DNA of 64,000 nt, from assembly GCA_963788655.1 (NCBI GenBank), contig CAWBHS010000038.1:64001-128000 (forward strand). Reading direction: 5' to 3'. Numbering within the stretch: position 1 is the first letter of the stretch; each line of letters starts with the position of its first letter. A program made the translations under genes and the position numbers. Below are positions 48,084-58,650 of this stretch, piece after piece. The notes beneath the pieces are model-generated. The model was not told the DNA's origin and did not search any database. It worked only from the letters and a program-made list of their open reading frames with translations. This DNA is from an uncultured Verrucomicrobiae bacterium (GTDB taxonomy: Bacteria; Verrucomicrobiota; Verrucomicrobiia; Limisphaerales; JAFGQR01).

Positions 48084-50432
48084 TCAATTCGGAGTAACGA
48101 TGATATTGTCGATGTAAACCGGCATGTCCTGCGGCGAAAAACCGAACAGGCCAGGCGAGCCGTGGCGGTGTGCCGTCCGATGGGGCACCTCGAGGCTCCA
48201 GGCCGTCGGTTCCGGTTCGTCGCGCGGCCAGGCTTTGGCCCGCACCACCCCGGAACCATCGGCCGCCACGTCCACGCGTGCTTTCAACCGATACCAAACG
48301 TCGGGTTTCCAGCGGAAATTCGGCGGATCGGTTTTGGCCGGCACGCGCAGGCGCTCGAGGTTGGAATTAATCTCGAGCTTCTGGTCGTTACCTTTGAGCA
48401 CAATGTAATAGCGCTGGTTGATCAGGCCCACCTCGGACATTTTGCGGCGGTTGCCGTCGCTCATTACGTCCGCCTGGATGGTGTAATCGTGCATGTCAGG
48501 CGTGCCAATAAAGACGGTGGCGCGTTGGAAAAACTTGTTGGCAATCGTCTTGGCCAGCACCTTCGAGCCGTCCCGTTCGCGCACGTCGAACTTGAACCGT
48601 GCGCCGATCCACGGCAACGGCGGATACGCAAAAGCCGTCGTCGCGCCGGCACCATTGGTCGCTGTTTGCGTCAGTTCGAATTCCTCAAAATCTTCGTGCA
48701 GCGGCGGGCTGGGTAAAATGCGTCCGCGAATGTGCCCTTTGAGCCCATCCAGGGTTGCTTCAAACGCGCCAGCCGAAGGCACGGATTCTGGGGCGGCGAC
48801 GAGTTGGCCGGCGGCATTGAAATCACCCTTTAGCAACGAATGCACCTTGGCCGTAGGGGGAATGAAATGGGTCCATTTTACAGCGCTCAGGTCGCTGACT
48901 TCTGCAACGGTGAAGCCACGGGCGTCCAATTTGCGGACCCGAAACGAAGCCGTCTCTCCGGGCTTTAATGCGACTTCCGAAGGGATGATCTGGAGTTGCG
49001 TCGCTGGTCCGGGGGCGGGCCGTGTTTCCGTTTCGAGCGGCGGGGGCAGACCGGGATTGTTGCCGGGTTTGCCGAAGCAATAGAGCTTGCGCGTCGTTTG
49101 CACATACACCTTGCCGTTGTAAGCCGTCGGGGATCCAAAGCAGCGGCCCTCCAGTTGAATGTGGCAAAGGATTTGCCCGGCTTTGTCGGTCGGCTTGATG
49201 ATGTAGAAGGCACCCGTGGTCCCCGCTTCGTTGTCGCCGCCGCCTTTGCCGGAAGGATCATCCAACAGCGGCACATACAGTTTGCCATCGGCGTAGAGCG
49301 GGCAGGCGTTGCGTTGCTCGATGCCCAGTTTGAGCTTCCAGAGGATCTTGCCGGTGTTCGCATCGACGGAGCACAGGTCCCCCTTTTCCGCCACCACATA
49401 AATCCGGTCGCCCACCAAAATCGGCGAACTGACCGCGGTGGAAATGTCGTTCTTCCAAAGCTTCACCTGTTCGACCGGAATCACGACCGGGTCGGCAGAA
49501 GGTTGGTCGGGGGCCACGTCTTTGATTCGGACCGCCATCATTTCGCCGGGTTCGTACGGCGTGCCGAACACGGCGATGGCTTTGTCGTCGTTGTGGATCA
49601 ACACCGACGCGTTGATGCCGGCATGGAAGACGGGTACCCGCCACAGCGGTTGGCCGGTGCGGGCGTTGACGCACACGATGCTGCCGTCGCCGATGGTGCA
49701 GTAAAAGACCCGCCGCCCGCCCAGCCAGCCGAGCTGCGGATAGGAATACGAACTATCGTGCGGGCGCGCGCCTGGGCCGGAAGCCCAGACCAACTCGCCG
49801 GTGCGTTTGTCAAAGGCATAGAAGCGATCCTCACCGGGTCCTTGCGCGCCCCAATTGGCGGTGATGCCGTGGGTGAACACGAGGTCCCCGTCCACCACTG
49901 GCGTGGCGGTCCGGCCATTGGGGAAGGTCAGGCGCCCGTAGCTTTCCATCAGGGAGCGATGCCACAAATGATTACCCTCGGCGGTGAAGGCGGCCAGGAT
50001 GCCCTGCGTGCCTTGCACATAGACGTTGCCGGTTTCAGGATCAATCGCGGGACTCGCCGTCGCGTAACGATTGTAAATGATGTCGCTGAGAAAATCGTTG
50101 AAGAGATGCTGCCAGAGCTTGCGCCCCGTTTCCGCGTCGAAACAGACGACGCCTTCCTGCAAATTGGCGCCTTCGCCCAGGTACCCCATGATGTAGAGCT
50201 TGCCGTTGGCGATGACCGGCGTCGAAGCGCCGGGCAGATTGGCCACCCACAGCGCCTGGTTCGTGGCGACGGTGTCCGGCAGACCGGTTTCGTAAGACAC
50301 GCCCGTATGATGTGGGCCGCGCCAGGAGAGCCAGCCGTGGACCGCAGCCGGCGCTGTGGGAACCACTGCCGTCACAGCCATCACGATTAACCAGTCGCTA
50401 AGGAACTTACGGACTTGGAGCAATTTGTTCAT
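48084..50432 (-). CDS. PQQ-binding-like beta-propeller with Ig-like linker and C-terminal LamG/lectin-like beta-sandwich
   Basis: WLSWRGP, VVCFDAETGRKLW, SSPILVGDRIY; C-terminal DYTIQADV...WYRLKARV...AKAWPRDEPEP...HGSPGLFG...YIDNI. Confidence 0.88.
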   Translation of the reverse strand: MNKLLQVRKFLSDWLIVMAVTAVVPTAPAAVHGWLSWRGPHHTGVSYETGLPDTVATNQALWVANLPGASTPVIANGKLYIMGYLGEGANLQEGVVCFDAETGRKLWQHLFNDFLSDIIYNRYATASPAIDPETGNVYVQGTQGILAAFTAEGNHLWHRSLMESYGRLTFPNGRTATPVVDGDLVFTHGITANWGAQGPGEDRFYAFDKRTGELVWASGPGARPHDSSYSYPQLGWLGGRRVFYCTIGDGSIVCVNARTGQPLWRVPVFHAGINASVLIHNDDKAIAVFGTPYEPGEMMAVRIKDVAPDQPSADPVVIPVEQVKLWKNDISTAVSSPILVGDRIYVVAEKGDLCSVDANTGKILWKLKLGIEQRNACPLYADGKLYVPLLDDPSGKGGGDNEAGTTGAFYIIKPTDKAGQILCHIQLEGRCFGSPTAYNGKVYVQTTRKLYCFGKPGNNPGLPPPLETETRPAPGPATQLQIIPSEVALKPGETASFRVRKLDARGFTVAEVSDLSAVKWTHFIPPTAKVHSLLKGDFNAAGQLVAAPESVPSAGAFEATLDGLKGHIRGRILPSPPLHEDFEEFELTQTATNGAGATTAFAYPPLPWIGARFKFDVRERDGSKVLAKTIANKFFQRATVFIGTPDMHDYTIQADVMSDGNRRKMSEVGLINQRYYIVLKGNDQKLEINSNLERLRVPAKTDPPNFRWKPDVWYRLKARVDVAADGSGVVRAKAWPRDEPEPTAWSLEVPHRTAHRHGSPGLFGFSPQDMPVYIDNIIVTPN

Positions 50433-50542
50433 GCGCACATTCGATTCTCAGAATTCAAGATTTTCCGGCTTGCCCTCCGGCCTGGGACCGCGCGGTCAGG
50501 CCGACGTACAAACCGCGCGGCACCGTTCGAGGCCATCCGCGC

Positions 50543-50571
50543 TTGCAACAATTAATACTTATACGTATAAT
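50543..50571 (+). promoter_or_regulatory. Sigma70 promoter for marR overlapped by a 12-bp palindrome (candidate operator)
   Basis: TTGCAA-N17-TATAAT; TTATACGTATAA at 50559..50570. Confidence 0.75.
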
Positions 50572-50599
50572 TCGCAAGGGACATTCAAAAATTTTCGCG

Positions 50600-51106
50600 A
50601 TGAACCGGTTAAATCAACCAAATGGCGGGGTAACGGTCCCTGGACCGGAGTTGCGGCCGTTGCCGCTCTTGCTGCGGCGTGCCTGGTACGGTCTGAACCA
50701 AGCCTTTCGCCGCCGGATTGCGCATTTGGGGCTGACGCCCGATCAATACACCGTGTTGCGAACGTTGAACGAAAATCCCGGCCTGACGCAGCGGAAAATG
50801 ACCCAGGACATGGCCAGCGACCCGAATACGGTGGCCTCGTTGGTGCGGCGGATGGAACAGGCCGGCTTGCTGGAACGCCGGTCCCACCCAAGCGATGGCC
50901 GGGCGCAACAACTGTTTTTGCGCCCGGCCGGACGCCTGAAACTCAACCAAGCCCGTCGATTTGCCCTCACGCTCCAACAGGATATCCTGGAAGCGCTGCC
51001 CGCCGCGCAACGTGGGGATTTTCTGGGTCAGTTGGCGCGGGTTTCCGCCGAATGCCGGCAGGCGGCGGAACGCGAATCGGGCCGCGAACCGGATGAGAGC
51101 TTGTAA
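50600..51106 (+). CDS. MarR-family transcriptional regulator
   Basis: GLTPDQYTVL, GLTQRKM, LVRRMEQAGLLERRSHPSDGRA. Confidence 0.93.
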   Translation: MNRLNQPNGGVTVPGPELRPLPLLLRRAWYGLNQAFRRRIAHLGLTPDQYTVLRTLNENPGLTQRKMTQDMASDPNTVASLVRRMEQAGLLERRSHPSDGRAQQLFLRPAGRLKLNQARRFALTLQQDILEALPAAQRGDFLGQLARVSAECRQAAERESGREPDESL

Positions 51107-51177
51107 GCTGCCGCAACTCCCTTAATGTTGTGGAAAAAGTGGTCTGATAAACAAGAACCAAGACACCGAAACTGGTT

Positions 51178-53376
51178 ATGATTTTGAAGCAAACCGAAGT
51201 CGAAAGCCTGGTCAAGGCGAAGCATCGCAATCCGCACGAACTTCTGGGCGCGCACACCCTGACCGACGGATCGGGATTGGTGGTGCGTGCGCTCGTCCGC
51301 GAGGCCGCCCGCGTGGAAATCGTTCCTACGCACGAGAAATCCAAACCACGCATCGTGCTCGAACAGGTCCACGAGGACGGTTTGTTCGAAGGCACCACCC
51401 GGGAAACCAAAGACATTTATGCGTATGATCTGGTGATCACTGACCAAAAGGGCCAGGTGCGTCGCACGCGCGATCCCTATTCCTTTTTGCCCACCCTCGG
51501 GGAGACGGACTTGTATCTGTTCGGCCAGGGAAATGAACGGCGCATCTATGAAAAGCTCGGTTCCCAGGTGCGGGTCATTGACGGAGTGCCGGGTGTCAGT
51601 TTTGCGGTTTGGGCGCCCAACGCGCAGCGGGTGAGTGTGGTTGGCGGTTTCAACGGTTGGGACGGACGTTACCACCCGATGCGGTCGTTGGGATCGTCCG
51701 GCGTTTGGGAATTATTCATTCCCGGTCTGGGCGAAGGCACGCTTTACAAATATGAAGTGAAGAACATTTACGGCGATCCGGTGCTGAAAACCGATCCGTA
51801 TGGGTTCTTTTTCGAACCCGCCCCCAAGAACGCCTCGATTGTGTGGGACAACCGCAAGTTCGCCTGGACCGACGAGGCGTGGCTGAAACGCCGGCACGAA
51901 TGGAACCCGTTGCGCGCGCCGGTCAGCGTCTATGAAGTTCACCTGGGCTCGTGGCGCAAGAAGGCGGCTTCGGAGTCGTTCTCCTATCGCGAAATGGCCA
52001 CGCCGTTGATTGATTACGTGCTGCGGATGGGCTTCACCCACGTCGAGTTGCTGCCGGTGAGCGAACATGCCTATTACCCCTCATGGGGCTACCAGGTCAC
52101 CGGTTTCTATTCGCCCACCAGCCGGTATGGCACGCCGGACGATTTTCAATACCTGATCAATGCGCTGCACGAGGCGGGCATTGGCGTGATCATCGATTGG
52201 GTGCCGGCGCATTTCCCGCGCGACGAATGGGCGCTGGCGCGCTTTGACGGCACCGCGTTATACGAGCACGAAGACCCGCGACGAGGCGCTCACCAGGATT
52301 GGGGCACCTTGATTTTCAATTATGGCCGGCACGAGGTGCGAAATTTCATCACGTCCAATTCATTGTTCTGGTGCGACCGGTTCCACGTGGACGGGTCTGC
52401 GCGTCGATGCGGTGGCTTCGATGCTGTATCTCGACTACTCGCGCCGGGAAGGCGAATGGCTTCCCAACCAGTATGGCGGCCGGGAAAACCTCGAGGCCAT
52501 CGCGTTTCTGCGCGAGTTCAATCACCTGGTCCACACCGAGCATCCCGGCGTGATCACCGTGGCCGAAGAATCCACTGCCTGGCCGCTGGTCACCCGGCCG
52601 CCGTATCTGGGCGGATTGGGATTCTCGTTCAAATGGAACATGGGTTGGATGCACGACACCCTGGGCTATTTCGGGCGGGATCCGGTCTTTCGCAAGTATC
52701 ACCAGAACGATCTCACCTTCGCGATGTTGTATCATCACAACGAGAACTTTCTCCTGCCGCTGTCGCACGACGAAGTCGTTCACGGCAAAGGCTCGCTCAT
52801 TGGCCGGATGCCGGGCGACGATTGGCAAAGCTTTGCCAACTTGCGGGTTCTGTTGGGATACCAGTGGCTTTTCCCGGGCAAAGTGCTGCTCTTCATGGGG
52901 TGTGAAATCGGGCAGCGCTCCGAATGGAGCGCCAACAGCGAAGTGACCTGGGAATCACTGGATCAAGGCCCGTATCATTTGGGAACGCAACGGTTCGTGG
53001 AAGATCTCAATCGACTGTACCGTAACGAATCCGCTTTGTGGGAGAGCGATTACGACCTGGAAGGCTTCACTTGGGTGGACTGCTCCGACCAGGAAAACAG
53101 CGTAATGTCTTTCATGCGCCAGGACAGCTCGGGCAAGGAGCGTATCCTGGTCATTCTGAACCTCACGCCCGTTGCGCGCTATGACTACCGCATTGGTTTG
53201 TCCGCGTCCGGCTTCTGGGCCGAAGTACCAACAGCGACGCGGAGTACTACGGTGGCAGCAATGTGGGCAATCTCGGCGGTGTAAACACGGAAGACTACAA
53301 AGTCCACAACCAGCCGCATTCGGCCGCCTTCACTCTACCGCCGCTCAGCGTGGTTGCCTTCAAGTGGGAACCCTAA
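51178..53376 (+). CDS. glgB: 1,4-alpha-glucan branching enzyme (frameshifts ~52396 and ~53228)
   Basis: [50 protein letters not shown]. Confidence 0.95.
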
Positions 53377-53593
53377 CCGCCTGACCGCAACCGATTGCTC
53401 AATCCGGCTGCAAGGTGTGCCAAGCGCCGGCCTCCAGCCTGTGCTGCAACGGGTACGCGAGATGGTCCCGTTTGCGCGCAGTCATCGCTGCTCCCCAATG
53501 GAGATCGTCACCCAATTCGTGGGTGGTGCGGAGCGCAGCGTTCCCTCCAAAAAATATAGCTGCCGCGTGGGCTCGGTGCGCTATGCTGCGGCC

Positions 53594-54091
53594 ATGACCG
53601 TCGCGCAGGTGATTGGCTTAATGGTGGCACTGTTTATAATGTTCCTCGGTTTGTTGGGCAGCATTTTGCCCGGCTTGCCGAGCACGCCCCTGGTGTGGGT
53701 GGCCGCGTTGGCACACAAGCTCTACTTCGGTGAGGCCAGCGCGGACTGGTGGCTGTTGGCGGTGCTGGGCGGGATCACGTTGCTTTCGCTGGTGGCCGAT
53801 TATCTGGCCAGTGTCTATGGCGCCAAACGGCTGGGAGCCACCTGGCGTGGGGCCACGGGCGCAGTGGTTGGCGGATTGATCGGCATGTTCTTCCACCTGC
53901 CCGGCATCCTGTTGGGGCCGTTCATTGGCGCCATGACGTTCGAAATGGTGGCGGGCCGGAACCTCAAAGAATCCAGCAAAGCCGGTTTCGGCGCCACGCT
54001 GGGCCTGCTCGCGGGAGCCCTGGGTAAGATTGCTTGTTGCGTCGCCATGATGGGGGCCTTCACGTTCGACGTGCTTTACCGGTCGTTGTAA
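53594..54091 (+). CDS. DUF456 (YqgC-like) membrane protein
   Basis: GSILPGLPSTPL, DYLASVYGAKRLGAT, GILLGPFIGA. Confidence 0.88.
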   Translation: MTVAQVIGLMVALFIMFLGLLGSILPGLPSTPLVWVAALAHKLYFGEASADWWLLAVLGGITLLSLVADYLASVYGAKRLGATWRGATGAVVGGLIGMFFHLPGILLGPFIGAMTFEMVAGRNLKESSKAGFGATLGLLAGALGKIACCVAMMGAFTFDVLYRSL

Positions 54092-54118
54092 TGGCCGTTC
54101 GTGTCGTCCCGCTAGCTT

Positions 54119-54148
54119 GGCGCGCCGACATTTTGGTCGGCTCGAACG
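54119..54148 (+). repeat. Single REP-like copy of the 46213 family
   Basis: ggcgcgccgacattttggtcggctcgaa compared with ggagcgccgacattcttgtcggctcgaa. Confidence 0.6.
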
Positions 54149-54307
54149 TTGGCGAGCAATTCGCGGTTTGGTACTGGCTTTCTAAATTGAAATCGCTGTG
54201 TCTGCGCAGGCTTGGGGCCGGGATCGACCTTCAACCCTGGATCAGCACTTCCAGCAGGTAACGCAATTCTTCCGGTACCTGCGCAGGACCGTTCACGGTC
54301 TGCGTTA

Positions 54308-54900
54308 TCTCGGCCTTTGGTGTCGAGGAGGATGTTTTCCGGCTTGATGTCGCGGTGGAGGATGCCTTCGTCGTGGGCGAACTGAAGGGCTTCACAAATC
54401 TTCGGCACCAGCGCCAGCGCCTGGGCCGGCGTGAACCGTCCGGCGTGCATGGCTTGGCGCAGATTCACGCCGTCCACAAATTCCATTAACAGATAAAAGA
54501 ATCCGCCGGCCTGGCCGAAGTCGTGGACGGTCACAATGTTGGGATGGTTGAGCCGCGCCAGCACGCGGGCCTCGCGGGTGAACCGCTCGGCAAACGTGCG
54601 GTCCGCCGCGAGCGACGGTGACAGCAGTTTGAGCGCGACCAACCGATCCAACTTGGGTTGGCGGGCTTTGAACACCACGCCCATGCCGCCATGGCCGATG
54701 AGTTCCAGGATTTCGAACTGGGGAAAGGCCGCGGCGACTTGCTCCACGGTGGGAAGGTCCGGCGACGGAGCCGCAGGTTCCGTGTCGTTGGACGCCGCCA
54801 CCGCCGCCAGCAGGCATTTGGCGCACAGGCCCTGCGGCGCGTCGGCGGGCAACGGCGCCTGGCACTTGGGACAGCGATTCTGGATCATTTCAGTTTTCAT
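54308..54900 (-). pseudogene. Hanks-type Ser/Thr kinase truncated after the catalytic loop
   Basis: CPKC..GLCAKC N-terminus, GHGGMGVV, VALK, HRDIKPENILLDTKGR; no DFG and no C-lobe. Confidence 0.85.
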
Positions 54901-54984
54901 ACCTGCCAATTTCCTGAGGAAAATCCCGTCGCAGGTTACCAAGAAATTTCAAAACAAGCTTCCGGATCGACAGTCCGCCGCCAG

Positions 54985-55065
54985 GTCTTGGAGTGCGGCA
55001 GCCCTCTGCCGCTTTCGAACGCACTGGCCCGTCGAAAGCGGCAGAGGACTGCCGCACTCCAAGAC
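54985..55065. repeat. 34-bp inverted repeat (1 mismatch), REP-like hairpin
   Basis: gtcttggagtgcggcagccctctgccgctttcga and tcgaaagcggcagaggactgccgcactccaagac. Confidence 0.9.
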
Positions 55066-55166
55066 GCTGCCGCGTTTGTGGCTACCCCGTAAAACGTCAA
55101 CAACCTTCGACAGAGTTAGGTTCATCACCGATGTGTCCGCGACCTGAGCAGTTCCATGCCGGGCGG

Positions 55167-57701
55167 CTATTTCAACTTTCGATACAGGATCACGGTCGAG
55201 CCGGGCTGGGTTTTCAGCGTGACGGTCAAACCTTCCATCAGTTCCTGGCCCGTCATCGTCTTCGGCGCATCGGCATCGAGATCCGTGAGTTCATACTTGG
55301 CGGCCGGATCAAGACCCTTGAGGTGCAACCCCAACGTTGGCGAGCCGTTCTTTTCCCGACGAAAGGCCTGGACCACGCCTCCGTCCAATTCCGGCCGGTC
55401 GAACTGCCAGGCAATCCAGTCGCTAGGCTGAATGCTGTAGGGCGTGAGCGGATAATAATCGCCCAGCATGAACGGGGCGACTTTGCGGCATTCGTCGTAG
55501 GCGCGCCTGGTGTCCGCGTTGGAACCACCGTAGCCGCCACACGGCATGATGTAACTGCGCGCGCTGTAGCGATCGGTGAAGGCGCAGCCGGAACCGTAAT
55601 ACGGAATCCAACTTGAAATACCGTAGGTGTGGCCCTGGTTCGGCATCGTGGCTTGGTGGCCGAATTGGAAATCACTGCGCAGAAGCGGGACGGCACGCCG
55701 CAAGGTTTCCAAATCATTCCGGCGACCGCCGGACGAACACGAATCAATCAGCAGGCCGGGATGACGCCGGCGCAATTCGTCCCAAAAGGCGAGGTAACCC
55801 ATGACGTGTTTGATCTCGGTCATGCCGCGTCGGTTGACGGCATCGTGCCCGCGCCAATTGCCCAACGGTTCCATGTTGAAATCCTGGCGATAGTAATCAA
55901 TGCCTTGTTCGCGAAGCATCGTGTCGATGTGCTCGACCAACCATTTCTGCGCGTCCGGATTGCCCAGGTTCAATAGGTTGCCGCCGATGATCCAATCGGG
56001 ATGATGCTTGGCCAGCCAACTGTCCCGATCGCCGACGCGCTCCGGTTCGAACCACACGATAAACTTCTTGCCCTGCTGGTGAATCCAATCGCTGAACGGC
56101 CGAAAGCCTTGCGGGTAGCGTTCGCGATCAATCTCCCAGGTCCCGGTGTTCGGCCAACTCCCTTTGCACGGATACCACCCGGCATCACGCCAGCACAAAT
56201 CGAAGTCAATTCCCGCGCGGTTGAACTCTTTGACCGTGTCGAACAGATCCTGTTCGCCACCCTTCTCGAACGTTCGATAACACTGCATCTGCAACATCGT
56301 GGGCGGCACCTTGCCATCCAACCGCGGGCTGTTGTGCGCCAGAAACCACCGGCGCCACAAGTTCTGCGCCCGCACAACGTCGCTGCCCTCCCAAAACAGC
56401 AGGGCGATCAGTGGCGTGCGGATTTCCTCGCCGGGCTTCAGAACCAAGTGCGTCAGTTGCTGGCCGGCCACCGTTCGCAGGCTGCGTGATGGGTCGCGCC
56501 GGAAGGACGTTGCCCATTCCCCGGGCCAGCCCACGGCTAGAATCACTCCACCGCCCGGCATCTGGAGGTTGTAGTAAGGCCAGCCCTTCGGGCCATTGGT
56601 GGGACGGCCACCATCGGGGGCAAAGCGTTGGACGGCATTGGGACCGAGCGTGACTTGATACGGTTCATAACTCTGCGGCGCGCACCAATCGCCTTTGTTG
56701 CCGTGGAGTACAAATTCGCCATCCGCACTCCGTTCGAATCGGACGTCCAGCGCCTGGATGTTCTCCAGGATTGGCGTGTCCGCTTGGCCCGTGTTCTTGA
56801 GATAAACGGTCCATTCAACGGCGGGAAAATCCGTGTATTCCACCGCGACGCAGCGCACCTCCAGCCCGGTGCGGGGATCGGTCCAGGTGAACGTGCGTTG
56901 CGTGCGGACATCGTCGAGTTTTTGGGTGTTGGTTTTCATCGGCCACGTGGCCAGCAGGTCGTCGGAAGATTGGCCGCCATAGACGAACGAGATCGGCAAT
57001 TCGCTGGTACGTCGAATTGGTTCCTTGGCCGCATCCGCCCGGTGATCGCGCAGGGGCATGTCGCCCACCCACAGTTCGCGTCCGTCGGCCAACGTCACCT
57101 TGGTGTCGGCCCAATCGGATTGATCCCAGCCGATCCCGTCGCCCGCATCGCTGATTTCCAGCGTGAACGAATTCGCGCCGCCCAAATCCACATCGACATT
57201 GCGCGCGGGGGTACCGTAACGCATGACTTCTGACCGGAAGGCCACCTGATCTTTGACGGTGACCGAGAACACCACGCTGCCCTTGCCGTGGGCGGTGTCG
57301 TCATTGTGATCCAAACCGACGACGGACGTGAAGCGTTTGCCGGGACCGGGCAAATGCACGACGACTTTGCTCACCGCGTGGCAATACAAGCCACGGCTAT
57401 ATTCCTTGTCCCCGATCTTCAGCGGATACTCGCCCCGGGCATTCGGGATCACCGCATCGTTGTTGGCAAACACATCCAGCCCCGGCTCGGGCGGCGACGG
57501 CGCCACCGCCACAGGTTGCTTCGGTGGCGGCGTCAACTTGCACTCGAGCCAATGCTCCTTGAGCCAACGCTGCATCGTCTGAATTTCCGGTTCGGTGACT
57601 TTGATTTCGCGGGCTTGCGAGAGGTTGCCCGTCACCACCAATGCGCCCAGCAACAACACCACTTGCTGGATCACGAACCGAGACGAATGGGAAAGATTCA
57701 T
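55167..57701 (-). CDS. GH36 alpha-galactosidase-like glycosidase with N-terminal NPCBM/NEW2 domain
   Basis: GLYCHAVS..SVVF..DAGDGIGWDQSDWAD (NPCBM); RDAGW, WFEPE, YYRQDFN, DSCSSGGRR, LRSD. Confidence 0.88.
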   Translation of the reverse strand: MNLSHSSRFVIQQVVLLLGALVVTGNLSQAREIKVTEPEIQTMQRWLKEHWLECKLTPPPKQPVAVAPSPPEPGLDVFANNDAVIPNARGEYPLKIGDKEYSRGLYCHAVSKVVVHLPGPGKRFTSVVGLDHNDDTAHGKGSVVFSVTVKDQVAFRSEVMRYGTPARNVDVDLGGANSFTLEISDAGDGIGWDQSDWADTKVTLADGRELWVGDMPLRDHRADAAKEPIRRTSELPISFVYGGQSSDDLLATWPMKTNTQKLDDVRTQRTFTWTDPRTGLEVRCVAVEYTDFPAVEWTVYLKNTGQADTPILENIQALDVRFERSADGEFVLHGNKGDWCAPQSYEPYQVTLGPNAVQRFAPDGGRPTNGPKGWPYYNLQMPGGGVILAVGWPGEWATSFRRDPSRSLRTVAGQQLTHLVLKPGEEIRTPLIALLFWEGSDVVRAQNLWRRWFLAHNSPRLDGKVPPTMLQMQCYRTFEKGGEQDLFDTVKEFNRAGIDFDLCWRDAGWYPCKGSWPNTGTWEIDRERYPQGFRPFSDWIHQQGKKFIVWFEPERVGDRDSWLAKHHPDWIIGGNLLNLGNPDAQKWLVEHIDTMLREQGIDYYRQDFNMEPLGNWRGHDAVNRRGMTEIKHVMGYLAFWDELRRRHPGLLIDSCSSGGRRNDLETLRRAVPLLRSDFQFGHQATMPNQGHTYGISSWIPYYGSGCAFTDRYSARSYIMPCGGYGGSNADTRRAYDECRKVAPFMLGDYYPLTPYSIQPSDWIAWQFDRPELDGGVVQAFRREKNGSPTLGLHLKGLDPAAKYELTDLDADAPKTMTGQELMEGLTVTLKTQPGSTVILYRKLK

Positions 57702-57812
57702 ATCCGCGTTTTTCCACCGAACCCCCTTCGCCGTCAAGGCAATCCCAATCACCTCTCTGCCAGCCCCGTGCCGCCTGCGTAACGAAATGACGTGAGCGCC
57801 GTCTATAGAGGC

Positions 57813-58259
57813 ATGATGTTGTCCCGGAATCAACGGAGCCAAGCCGGTCTTACGTTGACCGAACTGCTATGCACGATGGCCATTATCATGGTGCTGGCGG
57901 GCTTGTTGCTGGGTCCCGCCAGTCGTGTGCTCCGGCGGGTGCGGGCGGACGAATGGGGTGAAAAATCGGCGACTCGCCTGCAAACCACCGTGGAACAACT
58001 CAAGCACCATTTCGAGGGCCAGCAGAATTTTCCGTTGGTCACCTTGAAGAAGATCGAAGCCAATCACTGGGTCAACGCATTGGAATTGGATTTTCTCAAG
58101 GACCGGCGCGTCACGTTTATCCCCTTCGCGGATTCCGATCCGGACGAGAAGACCGTCATCCAAGTCATCGTGGATCGCGGGTATTGGACGGAGGCCGGCC
58201 TGCGCCTCGTCGCGAAAGGAGACATCACCGGATGGCCGGAATCCAGCAATCCGGATTAG
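57813..58259 (+). CDS. Type IV pilin / type II secretion pseudopilin-like protein
   Basis: AG|LTLTELLCTMAIIMVLAGLL class III signal with Glu at +5. Confidence 0.85.
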   Translation: MMLSRNQRSQAGLTLTELLCTMAIIMVLAGLLLGPASRVLRRVRADEWGEKSATRLQTTVEQLKHHFEGQQNFPLVTLKKIEANHWVNALELDFLKDRRVTFIPFADSDPDEKTVIQVIVDRGYWTEAGLRLVAKGDITGWPESSNPD

Positions 58260-58650
58260 GGATCAATTTGGGGGCATCACTCTTGACACAACCACGGCCG
58301 CGCCGCTCGCGATGTTTGGCAGTAACTGCTCAAATGGGTTCCCTCAACAGACTCAAAGCTGTCGTCCCCCCGCCAATCTTCCGCGCCAACCACCAGTTGC
58401 TGCATCTCGAAGTTGTTGGTAGGTCTTGCGCCCGGTAGGGGCTCGATGGCGTTGTAGCCGCGTGCCCCCACGCGGCGGGTGGCCCAGTCTGCGGATGCAG
58501 CAAACCAAAGAGAGAGAGTTCACACCGGGACCGACTCACAAACGACTCCGACCTTTCATGCGGAACATGAATTGCCAAGTGACAACCTTGTGGGGAACTG
58601 GACAACACGGCATCGCCTACGGTCATGAGTTTCGGAGTTATTGCCTGAAA

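Noticed and set aside
46415..48097. Long antisense ORFs (560 aa here; also 28168..29811, 48996..50390, 10306..11577, 58706..59953)
   Set aside because: Shadow frames of well-supported genes in GC-rich DNA, with no motifs.
46448..50432. Calling the propeller proteins PQQ dehydrogenases or BamB
   Set aside because: No quinoprotein catalytic signatures or lipobox recognised; only the repeat fold is supported.
58260..58490. Short ORFs between the pilin-like gene and the helicase remnant
   Set aside because: No recognisable motif or start context; probably decayed sequence.
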